Assembly (NCBI GenBank): GCA_963849325.1
Contig: CAWKHF010000012.1
Coordinates: forward strand, 1,120,001 to 1,184,000
Reading direction: 5' to 3'
Length of the DNA: 64,000 bases
From: an uncultured Planctomycetota bacterium
GTDB lineage: Bacteria; Planctomycetota; Planctomycetia; Gemmatales; Gemmataceae
Of the stretch, positions 32,654 to 44,537 are shown piece after piece. A program made the translations under genes and the position numbers. The number at the start of each line of letters is the position of its first letter. Within the stretch, counting starts at the first letter, position 1. Below the pieces are notes generated by a model, which had not been told where the DNA came from, did no database searches, and saw only the letters and a program-made list of their open reading frames with translations.

Positions 32654-33505
32654 ATGGCCCTCGAACCCTTGGCCGTCGGCGTGTGCAGCTGGTCGCTGCA
32701 AGTCAAGAACGTGCCCGAGTTGAAACGGTTGCTCGACCGTCTCGGGTTGTCGGTCGTGCAGATTGCCTGCGGCGATCCGCACCACGCGGCCTGGGACGAG
32801 GGCGACCGACTGCCCGAGGCGGTGCGGGCGGCCGGCTTCGAGATGAGCGGGGCCATGCTCGGCTTCCCCGGCGAGGACTACACCACGCCGCAGACCATCC
32901 AGCGCACCGGCGGCTTCGGCAACCCCGCCACCCGCGGCGAACGGCTCGAACGCTTCCGCTGGGCCTTGGATCGTACCCGGTCGCTGGGCCTGAGCGACCT
33001 GATGCTGCACGCCGGCTTTCTGCCCGAACCGGGCAAACCCGATCGCAAACCGTTCCTCGACACGCTCGGCCAGGTCAGCGCTCTGGCCGCCGAGAAGGGC
33101 GTCACGGTCGCCTTCGAGACCGGACAGGAGACGGCCGACCTGCTCCGCCGCACGCTCGACGAACTGAAGTGTCCGAACCTAAAGGTCAACTTCGACCCGG
33201 CCAACATGCTCCTCTACGACAAGGGCGATCCGTTACGGGCGGTGGAAATCCTTGGGCCGGACATACGCAGCGTCCACGTCAAGGATGCCAATCGTCCGAA
33301 GACGCCGGGCGTCTGGGGCGACGAGGTGCCGCTCGGACAGGGGCAGGTCAACATTCGCGCTTTCGTGCAGACGCTGAAAAAGGTCGGCTATCGAGGCTCC
33401 TTGTGCATCGAACGCGAGGTGGGCAACCAGGAAGAGCGTCTGCGCGACGTGGCCCACGGCATCCGCTATCTGCGCGAATGTCTGCGCGACGATTCTCGGC
33501 CCTGA
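32654..33505 (+). CDS. Sugar phosphate isomerase/epimerase (xylose-isomerase-like TIM barrel)
   Basis: FETGQE, NFDPANM, VHVKD and LCIERE motifs. Confidence 0.88.
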   Translation: MALEPLAVGVCSWSLQVKNVPELKRLLDRLGLSVVQIACGDPHHAAWDEGDRLPEAVRAAGFEMSGAMLGFPGEDYTTPQTIQRTGGFGNPATRGERLERFRWALDRTRSLGLSDLMLHAGFLPEPGKPDRKPFLDTLGQVSALAAEKGVTVAFETGQETADLLRRTLDELKCPNLKVNFDPANMLLYDKGDPLRAVEILGPDIRSVHVKDANRPKTPGVWGDEVPLGQGQVNIRAFVQTLKKVGYRGSLCIEREVGNQEERLRDVAHGIRYLRECLRDDSRP

Positions 33506-33643
33506 CAGAAGCACCATCCGGGTGGGGGCGTCATTCGAGCTATCGGAGCCCGCAGCGTCCACGAGAGACTGCTCCTCGCGGACGCTGCGGGCTCCGACAA
33601 GACCTCGATGGTTTGGGCACCAGGAGCCAGAGCTGCACATGGC

Positions 33644-35326
33644 TCAGCTGCCTGCGGGCGGCTGGACTTGCGTGACGGTCACGGTATCGGGGCCATCGGT
33701 CTCCTCCATGCCGTCGGGGATCGTGTCGAAGTGGCCGCTGATCGACCCCGCCGTCACCACCACGAAGGAAGCGCCCACCACCGGCGCGTAGTTCAGCAGG
33801 ATGAGGTTGCCCGACAATTGCGCCGCGCCGGTGACGGCCAGTACGGTCGGAAATCCCGATGGGGCCTCATCCACGGCCAGCGTGCCCTCGGCCAGCTGCT
33901 GGTACGAACCCAGACCCGTCGTGCTGCCGCTCGCGTCCAGTTGCACTCGCCCATTGTTGATGACCTCGCCCGCGCCGGTCAGTGTACAGCCGCCGGTCAC
34001 CTCCAGGTTGCCGTTGACGCTGCCGATAGCACCGGCGCCCACGGTCAACACAGCAGGAGGGACGGTATTGCCAACGCTGAGCACGAGGAAGCCGGGGGCG
34101 GCATCCTCGACGAACCCCGTCGGCGAATCGATCGGTCCTTGCAAGGTCAGGTTGCCCATCAACTGCATCACGCCGTCCAGGTCCGCCGTCGAAGCGCCAC
34201 TCGGGCCGGCGGCGCCCACCAGTGTCAGATTGACGCCGCTGTCCACCCGCAAGTTGCCGAGGTTGGTGAACGGAGCGAGGATGATGGTCGGCGCGCGATC
34301 CGGCGGTGTTGCCTCAATGGTGCCCAGGGGCGAGTTGGTGATGCTGCCGCTGTCAACGACGGAGGTGATCAGGGGGAGCGACAGGGTTATGTTGCCCACG
34401 ACATTGCTGATGGAAGCGGTAGAGCTGGCCAGAAACAGGGGTCCGGTCCCCCCCAGACTGACGAAGCGCTCTGATTGCTCAGCGGTCCTTCGAGATACTT
34501 CGTGTCGGGACCGCTGGTGGTGAGACTGCCCGACGATCCGACGTTGAAGCCGCCGGCCAGGGCGATGGCGCCGCCCGTCCAGTTGCAGGTGGCATTCTCA
34601 TTGACCGCGCCTGCCGTGGAGCCGGGGGCCGACATGAGGGTGCCGCCGGTGACGACGTTCAGGGTGGCGTTGTTGTCGTCGAGGGTGCCGTCCACCTGGA
34701 CGGGGCCGGCGATGATGATGTTTCCGAGGCCGGGTCCGAGGGTGGCGCCGGCGACGAATTCGCCGGTGCTGAAGGGCGCGAAGGTGAAGGAGGAGTTGGG
34801 TCCGGCGTCGAGGTTGCCGTTGAGGTCGCCCGGTCCGATGACGGCGCCGCCGGCGAAGACGACGCCGGTGCCATTGAGGGGATCGGAGGTGTTGGCGACG
34901 ATGCGGCCCAGATCGATGACTGGTCCTGCCAAAGTACTCGAGGTAGTGCCCGGCGCGTTGTTGTTGATCGTCAGCTGGGCGCCGGACGCGACCATGAGGA
35001 GACTGCCAATGGTGGTCAGGCTGTTGACGTTGGCCTCTGCCCCACCGATAGCGACGACGCCCGCAGTGCCGGGGATGAACGCATCATCGCTAGCACCGGG
35101 CACATGGACGTTTCCCGGATTGGTAAGGTTCGCCCAGTTGGCGGCGACGAACCAATCCGCAGGTGCCGCGAGAGTACCAGCGCCGATGAAGGTCATGGCA
35201 TCGAGCACCGTCCGGTCTTCCAGGCACTCCAACTGCGGTTTCACAAACCGAGGCAGTCCGCGGAGACTTTTCTTCGCGGCACAGGTGGAGCAATTGTCGC
35301 CGCAAGCGTTCCCAAATGGACAACAT
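33644..35326 (-). CDS. Planctomycete extracellular beta-helix-like protein (frameshifts near 35250 and 34440)
   Basis: AAGGAGGT RBS, Arg-rich leader, PQLECLEDRTVL motif, G/T/N-rich passenger-like body. Confidence 0.7.
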
Positions 35327-35500
35327 AACGGACCTCCTTGAGAAGGAAAATGGGTATGCCAACTCTCATGGAATTGGCATCTTCTTGCTTATGGCTCGGT
35401 CAATGGAGACACTCGTCGATCCAGTACGGATCATCAAACGATCCGCCCGTAGAGCGCGGAATTCACCATGAGCGATAGGTTTCCTGATACCGCCGATCTT

Positions 35501-36868
35501 TCAGGGTTTCTTATTCTTACTCGGTCTCGGGGCGGTCATCGTCCGTATCGTATATTTGTCATTGGGACGCAGACGGGTGATACCTTCGTTCAGTTCCTTG
35601 GCCGTGAAGGGCAACTTCGACGTCAAGTCCTTCATGGGGTGCGAACGCTTGAGGAACAGCAAGGCCAACGCCGTGTTTAGGGACGCTCCATAGTTGGCAA
35701 GATCAGCGGAGGTCTGCACACCCCAACCGGGCCACCATCCACTTTTCTTCTGGTTCGAGACGATGTTTTCGGCTCCCCAGCGATACCAGTCCTTATCGCC
35801 GATGGTAGGAAAGTCGAAAAGCATCGCCACACGCTCCACCGACCAGAGAAGATAAAGATCTTGCGGTTCGCTTTTTTTTGTCATATCACCGCTAGGCTTG
35901 CCAATACGTTGAGATAAGGCGGATAATCCGCGCAGGATGTGAACGTCCTTCTCGCCGCGGCTGGTGAACCAGGCGTCGGTAATTTCAACCCACGACCCAT
36001 CGCCAAGGCCATCACTCCGACGCAGGTCATCGAACTCCTTGAAGCAGGAAAATCCTGGTGTATGCGATACGTCCAGATCCCAGACGGATAAGCGTGGGAT
36101 CGTTCAAAACGTTCGACCGCGATTTCCAAGGTGGGTTCGACGGGGACTCCATGCCGCCGAGCCGCCCACAAGCCCAATAGCGCAAACTGCGTGTTGGAAT
36201 TGTCAGCGATATTATCTTGCGTCTCCTCCCATGTCAGCCGTTCGTCGCTTTGAAATACTAGGAGTGATTGCAATGGCAGTGGCACTTCCATACCGCGCAC
36301 GCGCCTGATCCCTCGTCTTCTCTCCGCCATGCCGCCGCTTATTGAGTTCCTCCAGGCGATTGAGCAAGACTTGTTCAGCCAGCGCACCCATGACCCGACA
36401 AGGATAACTCCATCCACCCCCCCCACGTTGTCCCGCGATCAGTCGCAAGGCCAAGGTGTAGATTAGCTTCTTATCGCGGGGATCGCCGAGGCGATCGAAG
36501 AACAGGATGGCCAACGACAGTTCATAAGTCCCCTTCGTCAGAAGGACTCTCGGCCGGAGGTATTTCGCCGCCTTTTGGATCACTGGATCATCGACTGGCA
36601 CTCCGGATTCCAGCAGGGCGTACGCCGGTAGAGCGCACGTTCCTACCGGGTGGGTACTGCCATACCGTACCCATTGCCAACTCCCATCTTCGGCCTGGCG
36701 CTTCTTGAGGAAGGCCACGCCCTTGTCGATGGCCTGATCGACCTTGGCCTGCTCCTCTCTGGTCAGCGGATTGGGATCGGCGGCGACCGGCGCGGCCCAC
36801 GCCAGCCCCATCGCGCCGCACAGCAAGCCCGCACACGCACGCAGTCCAATAACTCGCATGGACAACAT
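35501..36868 (-). CDS. Prenyltransferase/squalene-oxidase repeat-like secreted protein (several frameshifts)
   Basis: AIDKGVAFLKKRQAEDGSW, DNSNTQFALLGLWAARRHG and YLLWSVERVA motifs over three ORFs. Could be a true pseudogene. Confidence 0.7.
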
Positions 36869-36898
36869 GATGCTTCCTCCCTCGAATGATCTATAGCA

Positions 36899-37053
36899 GT
36901 AACCGTTCAGCCGACTTCGGAAAATGGGCTTTTATGGCCATCGCATGAACTCCGAAGAGGCCATTAGTGGACATCAACGGACAGAAATACGGCTCAGATC
37001 GGGCGTTCTCCTGTGCAACTTCGTCCATTTTTCAAAGTCGGCTGAACGGTTAC
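36899..37053. mobile_element. 155-bp MITE with IS66-like ends
   Basis: About 31-bp imperfect TIRs beginning GTAACCGTTCAGCCGACTT and an 8-bp TSD CTATAGCA (36891-36898, 37054-37061). No transposase. Confidence 0.88.
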
Positions 37054-37063
37054 CTATAGCAAA

Positions 37064-37238
37064 ATGGCGCATGGCGCATGGCGCATGGCGCATGGCGCAT
37101 GGCGCATGGCGCATGGCGCATGGCGCACTGCGCATGGCGCATGGCGCATGGCGCATGGCGCATGGCGCATGGCGCATGGCGCATGGCGCATGGCGCATGG
37201 CGCATGGCGCATGGCGCATGGCGCATGGCGCATGGCGC
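37064..37238. repeat. Heptamer tandem array (ATGGCGC)x25 with one ACTGCGC variant
   Basis: Read directly. The 10th unit (37127-37133) differs. Confidence 0.97.
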
Positions 37239-37546
37239 AGGAGTTTTCAGATTTGTTGTCGGTGATTGGACGGGACATAGGTGCACTCCATGGCAATTGT
37301 GCTCAGGAGTAACTGCACCCTTATCCTCTTTCCCAAGAAAAGGCGATGGTAGCAGGGGAGAATGAAGACTTCAAGGGCACTCTTTTCTTTTCATTAATTT
37401 TTCATTTCCGGCGTCCTCGGGAGGTGAACCTTCCTCCGCGAAGCATCGCGGCCATCGTTCGATGTTCCGCGTGTTGCGCCATCGTGGTATACCGAAACCA
37501 GCCACGCTGGTCCCGCCCACCGCGATCGAGTCGGGAGAAAAAGACG

Positions 37547-38302
37547 ATGGCGACTGCATCCTCGACGATGGTTCCCTGGAAGAACGGCTATCCGACTTCG
37601 GACGGCAAACCCATGGCCGAAACCGACTGGCACCGCGATCTGATGAACGCCCTCATCCAGACGCTGAAGGTCTGGTACACCGCCCATTCGCGGGTCTACG
37701 TCTCGGGCAATCTGCTGTTGTTTTACGAGCCGGGCAATCGTCGCCGTCATGTCTCGCCGGACGTGTTCGTGGTCAAGGGCATCGCCAAGCACGATCGCCC
37801 CAATTACCTTTTGTGGGAGGAGCGCAAGGGGCCCGACGTGGCGATCGAGCTGACCTCGTCCTCCACGCGCCGCGAGGACATGGAAGACAAATACCATCTC
37901 TATCAGGATACTTTGCGCGTCAAGGAATACTTCCTGTTCGATCCGCTGGGCGATTATCTTACGCCGCCGTTGCAAGGACATCGTCTGCGTCGCGGCCAGT
38001 ATCATCCGATTCGCTCCGTCGCCGGGCGGCTGCCGAGTCAGGTCCTGGCCCTGCACCTGGAACGCAACGGTCGAGAGCTACGGCTGCACGATCCGGAGAC
38101 GGGACAATGGTTGCCCACGCCCCTGGAGATGGCGACCGAGGCGGAAGCGGCGCGGCAGCAAGCGGAAGCGGCGCGGCAGCAAGCGGAAGCGCGGCAGCAA
38201 GCGGAAGCGGCGCGGCAGCAAGCGGAAGCCGAGAATGAGCGTCTGCGTCGTGAGCTGGCCGCGCTGCGCCGCCGCTTGCCGAACAATCCTCGCTCCTCCT
38301 GA
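37547..38302 (+). CDS. Uma2 family (PD-(D/E)XK) endonuclease-like protein with AEAARQQ repeat tail
   Basis: SDGKPMAETDWH, SPDVFVV, IELTSSST and EYFLFDP motifs. 21-bp tandem repeats at ~38140-38230. Confidence 0.9.
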   Translation: MATASSTMVPWKNGYPTSDGKPMAETDWHRDLMNALIQTLKVWYTAHSRVYVSGNLLLFYEPGNRRRHVSPDVFVVKGIAKHDRPNYLLWEERKGPDVAIELTSSSTRREDMEDKYHLYQDTLRVKEYFLFDPLGDYLTPPLQGHRLRRGQYHPIRSVAGRLPSQVLALHLERNGRELRLHDPETGQWLPTPLEMATEAEAARQQAEAARQQAEARQQAEAARQQAEAENERLRRELAALRRRLPNNPRSS

Positions 38303-38419
38303 GGGCCTATCCTGCCGATTCGGGACCATCGCGCAGGTTGCATTCCCTCGGGGCAATCTCCATAATGAGACCACTCCGTCCGTGGCTCGCCGGGTATTCC
38401 GTCTCAAGGAGAAGCATCC

Positions 38420-40349
38420 GTGTCGTTACGATTCGCTGCTTGCTTGTCCCTGGCCGTCGCCGCCGGGCTGCCGGCTTCCGTCTCCGCCGGCCCCTCCAAC
38501 AGCCTGATGGACCTGACGCCCGACGGCAGCCGCCTGCTCGTCGCCAACACCGACAACGGCACGCGTCACCGTGGTGGACACGGCGACGAACAAGGCCCTG
38601 CGCGAGATCGCCGTCGGCGACAAGCCGGAGGGCGTGACCTGGATCGGCAACGGTCCCCTCGCCGCCGTCACCGTCTACCGCGAGGACCGCGTCGCCTTCG
38701 TCGATACCGACACGGGGCAAGGTCGTCGAGAAGCTCCGCGTGCCCAACGAGCCATACGGCATCGTCGCCACGAAGGACGGCACGCCGCGTCTACGTCACC
38801 CACGAATATCCCGGCACCGTCAGCGAGATCGACGTGGCCAAACGCAAGGTCCTCCGCGAGATGAAGGCCGGTTCGCATGGTGCGCGGCCTCGCCCTCAGT
38901 CCCGACGAGAAGCGGCTGTACGTCACCGAGTTTTACAGCGGCGTCCTGCACGCGCTGGACCGGCGCAGCGGCGCCAGTCGTCGATAGCTGGAAGGGCCAC
39001 GCCACCGACAACCTGTCGCGCCACGTCGTCCTCCATCCGCGTCGGCCCAAGGCGTACCTGTCGCACATCCGCTCGAACATCGACGTCATCGACGGCCGCG
39101 GCTCGATCTTTCCGCACCTGAGCGTCTGCGACCTGGTGCCGCCCAACGGCACGAAGCGGCGGACCTCGTTCGCCATGGACACCTACAACGGCGTCTACGT
39201 CGTCACCAACCCGTGGGAGGCGGCCCTGTCGCCGGACGGCAAGCGGCTTTACACGATCTACGCCGGCACCAACGACATGAACGTGTCGCGACGTGATCGA
39301 CGACGATTACAAGGAGATCGAGCGCGTCGGCCGCGCCGTGCGCGTCGGCCAGAACCCGCGGGCGGTGCGCGTCAGCCCCGACGGCAAGAAGGTCTACATC
39401 GACAACGCCCTGGACTTCGACGTGAGCGTCCACGACGCGGCGACCATGCAGCGTGCTGGCCCGCGTCAAGGTGTGCGAGCCGCCGAAGATCGCCGGAGTG
39501 GGTGCGCGGCAAGGTGCTGTTCAGCACGGCCAACCGGCCGCTGACGACGCCGGCGCTGGATCGCCTGCTCCTCGTGCCACCCGGACGGCCACAGCGACGG
39601 CCGGGTCTGGCAGAACCCCGAGGGGCTGCGCAAGACGCCGGCGCTGATGGGCCTGGCCCACACGCATCCGCTGCACTGGTCGGCCGACCGCGATGAGGTG
39701 CAGGACTTCGAGTACACCATCCGCGGCCGGCTCATGCAGGGCGCCGGCCTGCTCGCGCGGCTCCATCAAGCCCAAACTCGGCTTCGAGCCGATCGAGCTG
39801 AAGCGAAGACCTCGCCGGCCGCTCGAAGGACCTCGACGCCCTGGCGGTTTACACCAACTCGTTCGACTTCACCCTGTCGCCGCACGTCCCGGCGCCCGGC
39901 AAGCTGTCCGCCGCCGCCCAGCGCGGCAAGGCGTCTGTTCTTCAGCGAGGCGGTCGGCTGCGCCAAGTGCCACAGCGGGCCGTACTACACCGACAGCAGC
40001 CTCCGAAAGCCGTACAACCTGCACGACGTCGGCACCGGCGGCGACGATCCGTCGGAGAAGATGGGACCGAAGTACGACACGCCGACGCTGCTGGGCGTCT
40101 ACCGCACCGGCGCCGTACCTGCACCACGGCAAGGCGAAAACGCTGCGCGACGTGCTGACGACGTGCAACACGGGCGACAAGCACGGCAAGACGAGTCACC
40201 TGAAACCGGACGAGATCGACGACCTGGTGGCGTTCCTGAAGTCGCTGCCGTATGAGACGCCGCCGGCCGAGACGCCGAACACGGTGAAGCATCGCTACAT
40301 CCCGAGCGAGGCCCACCGGCAGAGTACGAGCAAGCGAAATAACCGTTAA
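38420..40349 (+). CDS. Secreted YVTN beta-propeller with di-heme cytochrome c domain (many frameshifts)
   Basis: Signal peptide, VGDKPEGV/VGQNPRAV repeats, heme motifs ACSSCH and CAKCH, PYLHHGKAKTLRDVL. Confidence 0.78.
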
Positions 40350-40380
40350 TCCAGTGTCCCCTTTGTCGTGGGGAGTTCCA

Positions 40381-40758
40381 CTAGGCGGCTCGTGGAGGCA
40401 TGCGTTCGGCGTGCGGCAACGGCTGATCGAGCAGATACCAGAGGTCGGTCCCCAGGGCGGACAGCAGAGGTTCGAGATCGCTGCCGAGTAGCTGGCCGCG
40501 CGTCAGGTCCAACCAAGTCAGACAGGTGCGGTCCCAGAGCAGGCGCACCGAGTACGAATCGGCCGCCTGGCGCTGGATGCGGATGCCGAAGTATCGCGGC
40601 GGCGGGCCGTCGATGCGCACGCCGTCGGGCAGTTCCCAGAACGGTCCTTGTTGTTCGGAGTCATCCGGCCAGTGCAGGCACATGGCCGGCAGGTGCGGCT
40701 CGAACGTGTTATCAAAATAACAGCGGACGACTTCGGGCGCCGGCAGGGTTGGCGTCAT
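40381..40758 (-). CDS. Hypothetical protein
   Basis: Intact 125-aa ORF with GGAGG RBS. Confidence 0.65.
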   Translation of the reverse strand: MTPTLPAPEVVRCYFDNTFEPHLPAMCLHWPDDSEQQGPFWELPDGVRIDGPPPRYFGIRIQRQAADSYSVRLLWDRTCLTWLDLTRGQLLGSDLEPLLSALGTDLWYLLDQPLPHAERMPPRAA

Positions 40759-40800
40759 CGCTCGCCTCCAGGGCGTTTCGACTCGGCCGGGCTGGCCGAT

Positions 40801-41614
40801 TTACCCGTTCCTCCGTGGCTCCGATGGCTCCGGCGCTGGCACCATGGTCCCGCGCGAGCCGTTGCTGCCGAGCGGCAGCCTCAGCTCCTCGAACAGCGCC
40901 GTCGCCTTGTCGGGGTGCTGCGTCAGATACCAGGCCAGGCCGCCGAAGAACATCTCCAGCTGGCCGACGTACTCCTCGGCCATGCGCGGCGCCGAGCGCC
41001 GAACAGGCGCGTGGCCAGGTCACGGCCCGACTGTCGGTGTGCAGGATCAGGTCCATCTGATGCCGCACGGCCGGCTTGCCGGCGCCGTCGCTGCCCTCCT
41101 GGTGGTTGAGCACCACGACGGCGCGGATGGACACCGAGGGCAGCAACGTGCCGGGACGGACCCGTCCCTCCGCGTACCATACACGCTGATGCGCCGTCCG
41201 CAGCACCGTCTGCCAGTGGACTTCACCATTCTGCGCGTCTTTCCAGGTGAAGCTGCCTTCGCCGCGCGATTGGATGTCGGTACACTTGGCCCCCAGGCCG
41301 CGCCACAACCGCACCGCCAGGTCCGGGTGGTCGAGCAGCCAGTAATACAGGCCCGGCCGGCAGTGAAACGCTTCCAAGGGTCCGCGCGACGACAGCGTCG
41401 GATGTTCGAGTACCGCGCGGACGCGCTCGCGCACCGGCGGCGGCAGCTCGTCCAGCGGCACGGACGCCGGCACGAACCCTTGCGCCACGGCCGACGGACG
41501 CGGCGTCGAGGCCGGAACGGGAGCACCCGGCATTGTCTGGGCCAGCGCGACGTTCGCCGCCGCCGCGCTGCAGGCCGCCAACAACCATCCCAACGCCTTG
41601 CGACGGCATTCCAT
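40801..41614 (-). CDS. Hypothetical secreted protein (frameshift near 41010)
   Basis: Signal peptide, YYWLLDHPDLAVRLW, continuing into AEEYVGQLEMFFGGLAWY in another frame. Confidence 0.7.
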
Positions 41615-41807
41615 CAGCCACCTCGCGATTGATGCGGGTCCGCGATCGACATTCGGGAGTCACACCCATTTATCATCGAATGCCGATCGCGCCGGCATGA
41701 AGGATTTTGCCAGGATTTCCGTCGCGGGGAGTGCCCTTTTCCCAGGCACGACGGGGGGCTATAATCCCGCTCCCTGGAATTATCCAGGGGAGTCCCCGCC
41801 GCCCCAA

Positions 41808-41870
41808 ACAGGGAATAGGGAATAGGGAATAGGGAATAGGTCGTTTCTTCCCTATTCCCTATGTCCCTGT
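41808..41870. repeat. Inverted tandem heptamer element (GGGAATA)x4 ... (TTCCCTA)
   Basis: Read directly, in the leader of the HEAT gene. Confidence 0.9.
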
Positions 41871-41884
41871 GTCGAGGAGACGTC

Positions 41885-43019
41885 ATGGCAGGACATAGTG
41901 TCTGGAGCAGGAAGTTCCTCGGCGGCCTGATGCTCGTTTTCATGCTGGGCTGTGCCGTCGTGGCCTGGAGGGAACGGTCGACCCTGCTGTCCTGGTATTG
42001 CATCCGCAGTCTGACTCAGGCGTCGGACGAAGACCGTCCGCGCTGGGCGGAGCGCGTGGCGAACCTGGGCGAAACAGCGCATCCCGGGCTTGTTCGATTG
42101 TCTGACGCAACCCGACGCGCGGGTATGCGGCAATGCGCGGGCGGCACTGGAACGGCTGACGCATTCGTGGGGCGAGGACGACGCACGCACCGCGGAGTTG
42201 GCCCTGCGACTGGCCCGCGAGTTCTCTCGCTTCAGCCCGGCCGGACAGCGGCAGGTGCTCGACCTCGCCGTCGGCTGGTTCGCCGAGCCGGACGGCCGCG
42301 CCGCCAGCCTGGTCTCTGCCTGTTCGCGCCTGGTGGGCGCGGCCGCGAACACTACGGACGCGGACGTACAAACGAGCACCCTCGAACTCGGTGGCATTCT
42401 CCTCGGTCAGCCCAATGGCGATGAAGCGCTGCGATCCCGGCCCGGAACCTGGTCCGCGCCGCTCTGCACGCCGGCGCGGAGGACAATCGCCTGCGGGCCG
42501 TCCGCCTGACGCTGCATCCGGGCATGGACCTGCTGGAGCAAGTGGCCGCGCTGCTGGGCGATGAGTCCGCCGCCGGTGCGTCGCGCCGCCCTGTTGGCGG
42601 TCGGCCCGGCCCGCGACGTGATCCACGACGATCAGCTGTTGCCGTGCCTGCACGACCCCGACCCGGAGGTGCGCCGCCTGTGCGAAATCGCCCTCAGCGG
42701 CCGCGGCCTGCGCCCGGAGTACCTCGAACTGGGCCGTCTCCTCACCGACCCGCGCCCGGCGGCGCGCTTGCGAGTTCTCGATCACCTGGCCGGCTCGACC
42801 GAGCTGGACCCCGGCCTATGGCTGCGCCGCCTCAGTCACGATCCCTCGCCCTCCGTCCGCGTCGCCGCCATGCGGGCCATGACGCAACAGCATTTCGTGG
42901 ACCTCAGCGACCGCATTGACCAGATGGCCCGCACCGACCCCAGCCCGACCGTTTGCCAGCTCGCCCAGTTCTACCTGAATTGCCACGCTCAGAAGAAGGG
43001 ACTAGGGACGAGGGACTAG
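41885..43019 (+). CDS. Membrane-anchored HEAT-repeat protein (frameshifts)
   Basis: N-terminal TM helix and LHDPDPEVRR, LSHDPSPSVRVAA repeats. Confidence 0.75.
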
Positions 43020-43082
43020 GGACTAGGGAAGAGACGTGGTCCCTGTCTTCTCTAGTCCCTAGTCCCTCGTCCCTAGTCCCTT
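42996..43082. repeat. Inverted tandem heptamer element (GGGACTA/GGGACGA), perfect 31-bp arms
   Basis: 42996-43026 is the exact reverse complement of 43052-43082. It supplies the HEAT gene stop. Confidence 0.92.
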
Positions 43083-43134
43083 TATTCGGGTGCTTGCCGC
43101 CGCGGCGCACGCTGCATACAGTAACGCCCATCGG

Positions 43135-44448
43135 ATGCTCCTACCGACGCCCTGAGCCTCTCGCCCTCGTGGAGGTCGCCGACCGTGATGGACTGGTTGT
43201 CGTCGCACTGGGGAGCTGGCGAGACGGCCTTCTCGCCGTCGTCGAAGCGTTCCTCCTGGTGGCGTTCGTGGCCGGCTCCGCCGTCTTCTTCATCTGGCTG
43301 GAACGCAAGGTCGCCGGCCGCATTCAGGACCGCCTCGGCCCCACGCGCGTCGGCGGCAAGTTCGGCTGGCTGCAAACCATCGCCGACGGCATCAAGCTGC
43401 TCGTCAAGGAAGACCTCATCCCCGCCGACGCCGACCAGATGCTCTTCCGCCTCGGCCCGTACATCGCCTTCTGCGGCTCCTTCGCCGCCTTCATCGCCCT
43501 GCCGTTCGCCAACGGCTGGGTGGCCAAGTCGCTCAGCATCGGCGTCTTCTTCATGCTGGCCGTCATGTCCACCGAGGTGTTCGGCATCATCCTCGCCGGC
43601 TACGGCTCCGGCAGCAAGTGGGCGCTGTTCGGCGGCATGCGCGAGGCCGCCCAGATGGTCAGCTACGAAGTGCCGATGGCCCTGTGCGTGCTCGTGCCCG
43701 TCATCGTCGCCGGCTCGATGGACCTCAATTACATCAGCCAATCAGCAGACGGGCGGCATCTGGAACTGGTACGTCTTCCACGATCCGTTCACCTTCCTCG
43801 CCTTCTGGACCTACTTCACCTGCGCCACCGCCCAGTGCAAGCGCGCCCCGTTCGACCTGGCCGAGGCCGAGAGCGAGCTGGTGGCCGGCTTCCACACCGA
43901 GTACAGCGGCCTGCGCTGGTCGTTCTTCTTCATGGCCGAGTACGGCAGCCATGTTCGCCGTCAGCGGCATCGCCATCCTGCTGTTCCTCGGCGGCTGGAA
44001 CACCGGCTTTCTGCCGCGAGCTGAGCACCACGTTCGCGTCGTGGCTGGGCAGTCCCGAGCAGCCGTCGTGGCTGGGCTGGGTGCTCGGCAACGTCATCAA
44101 CGTGGTGGTCTTCATCCTCAAGGGCTGGCTGCTGGTGTTCGTGCATGATGTGGGTGCGCTGGACGCTGCCGCGGCTGCGCATCGACCAGGTGATGATGAC
44201 CTGCCTGAAATACCTGCTGCCGATCAGCTGCGTGCTGCTGCTGGGCGTCAGCCTGTGGCAGGTGGCCGTCTGCCCGTTGGTCGGCCCGTATTTCAGCTAC
44301 GTCCTCTGCGCCGTGTGCCTGGGCCTGTTCGCTGTGGATGGTGGTGAAGGTCGTCAGCACGCCGAGCCGGCTGCCGCTCTCGGTGACGGGCGTGACGAAC
44401 CTGTGGAATCGAGGACCGATCCCGCCCGAATTGGCGCGCAAGACTTGA
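43135..44448 (+). CDS. nuoH: NADH-quinone oxidoreductase subunit H (frameshifts; start approximate)
   Basis: [42 protein letters not shown] and [13 protein letters not shown] motifs. Confidence 0.92.
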
Positions 44449-44537
44449 AAGCAGCGCGAGCGTTGGGCGTAGCCGAACTGTCGGAACGCAACGCGGGCTA
44501 TGCTCCCGCTCGCCGGAACCGTGCAAGGCATTCAACG

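Noticed and set aside
36924-37365. ORFs with MAHGAWR/MRHAPCA repeats
   Set aside because: Translation artefacts of the stop-free heptamer array in all six frames.
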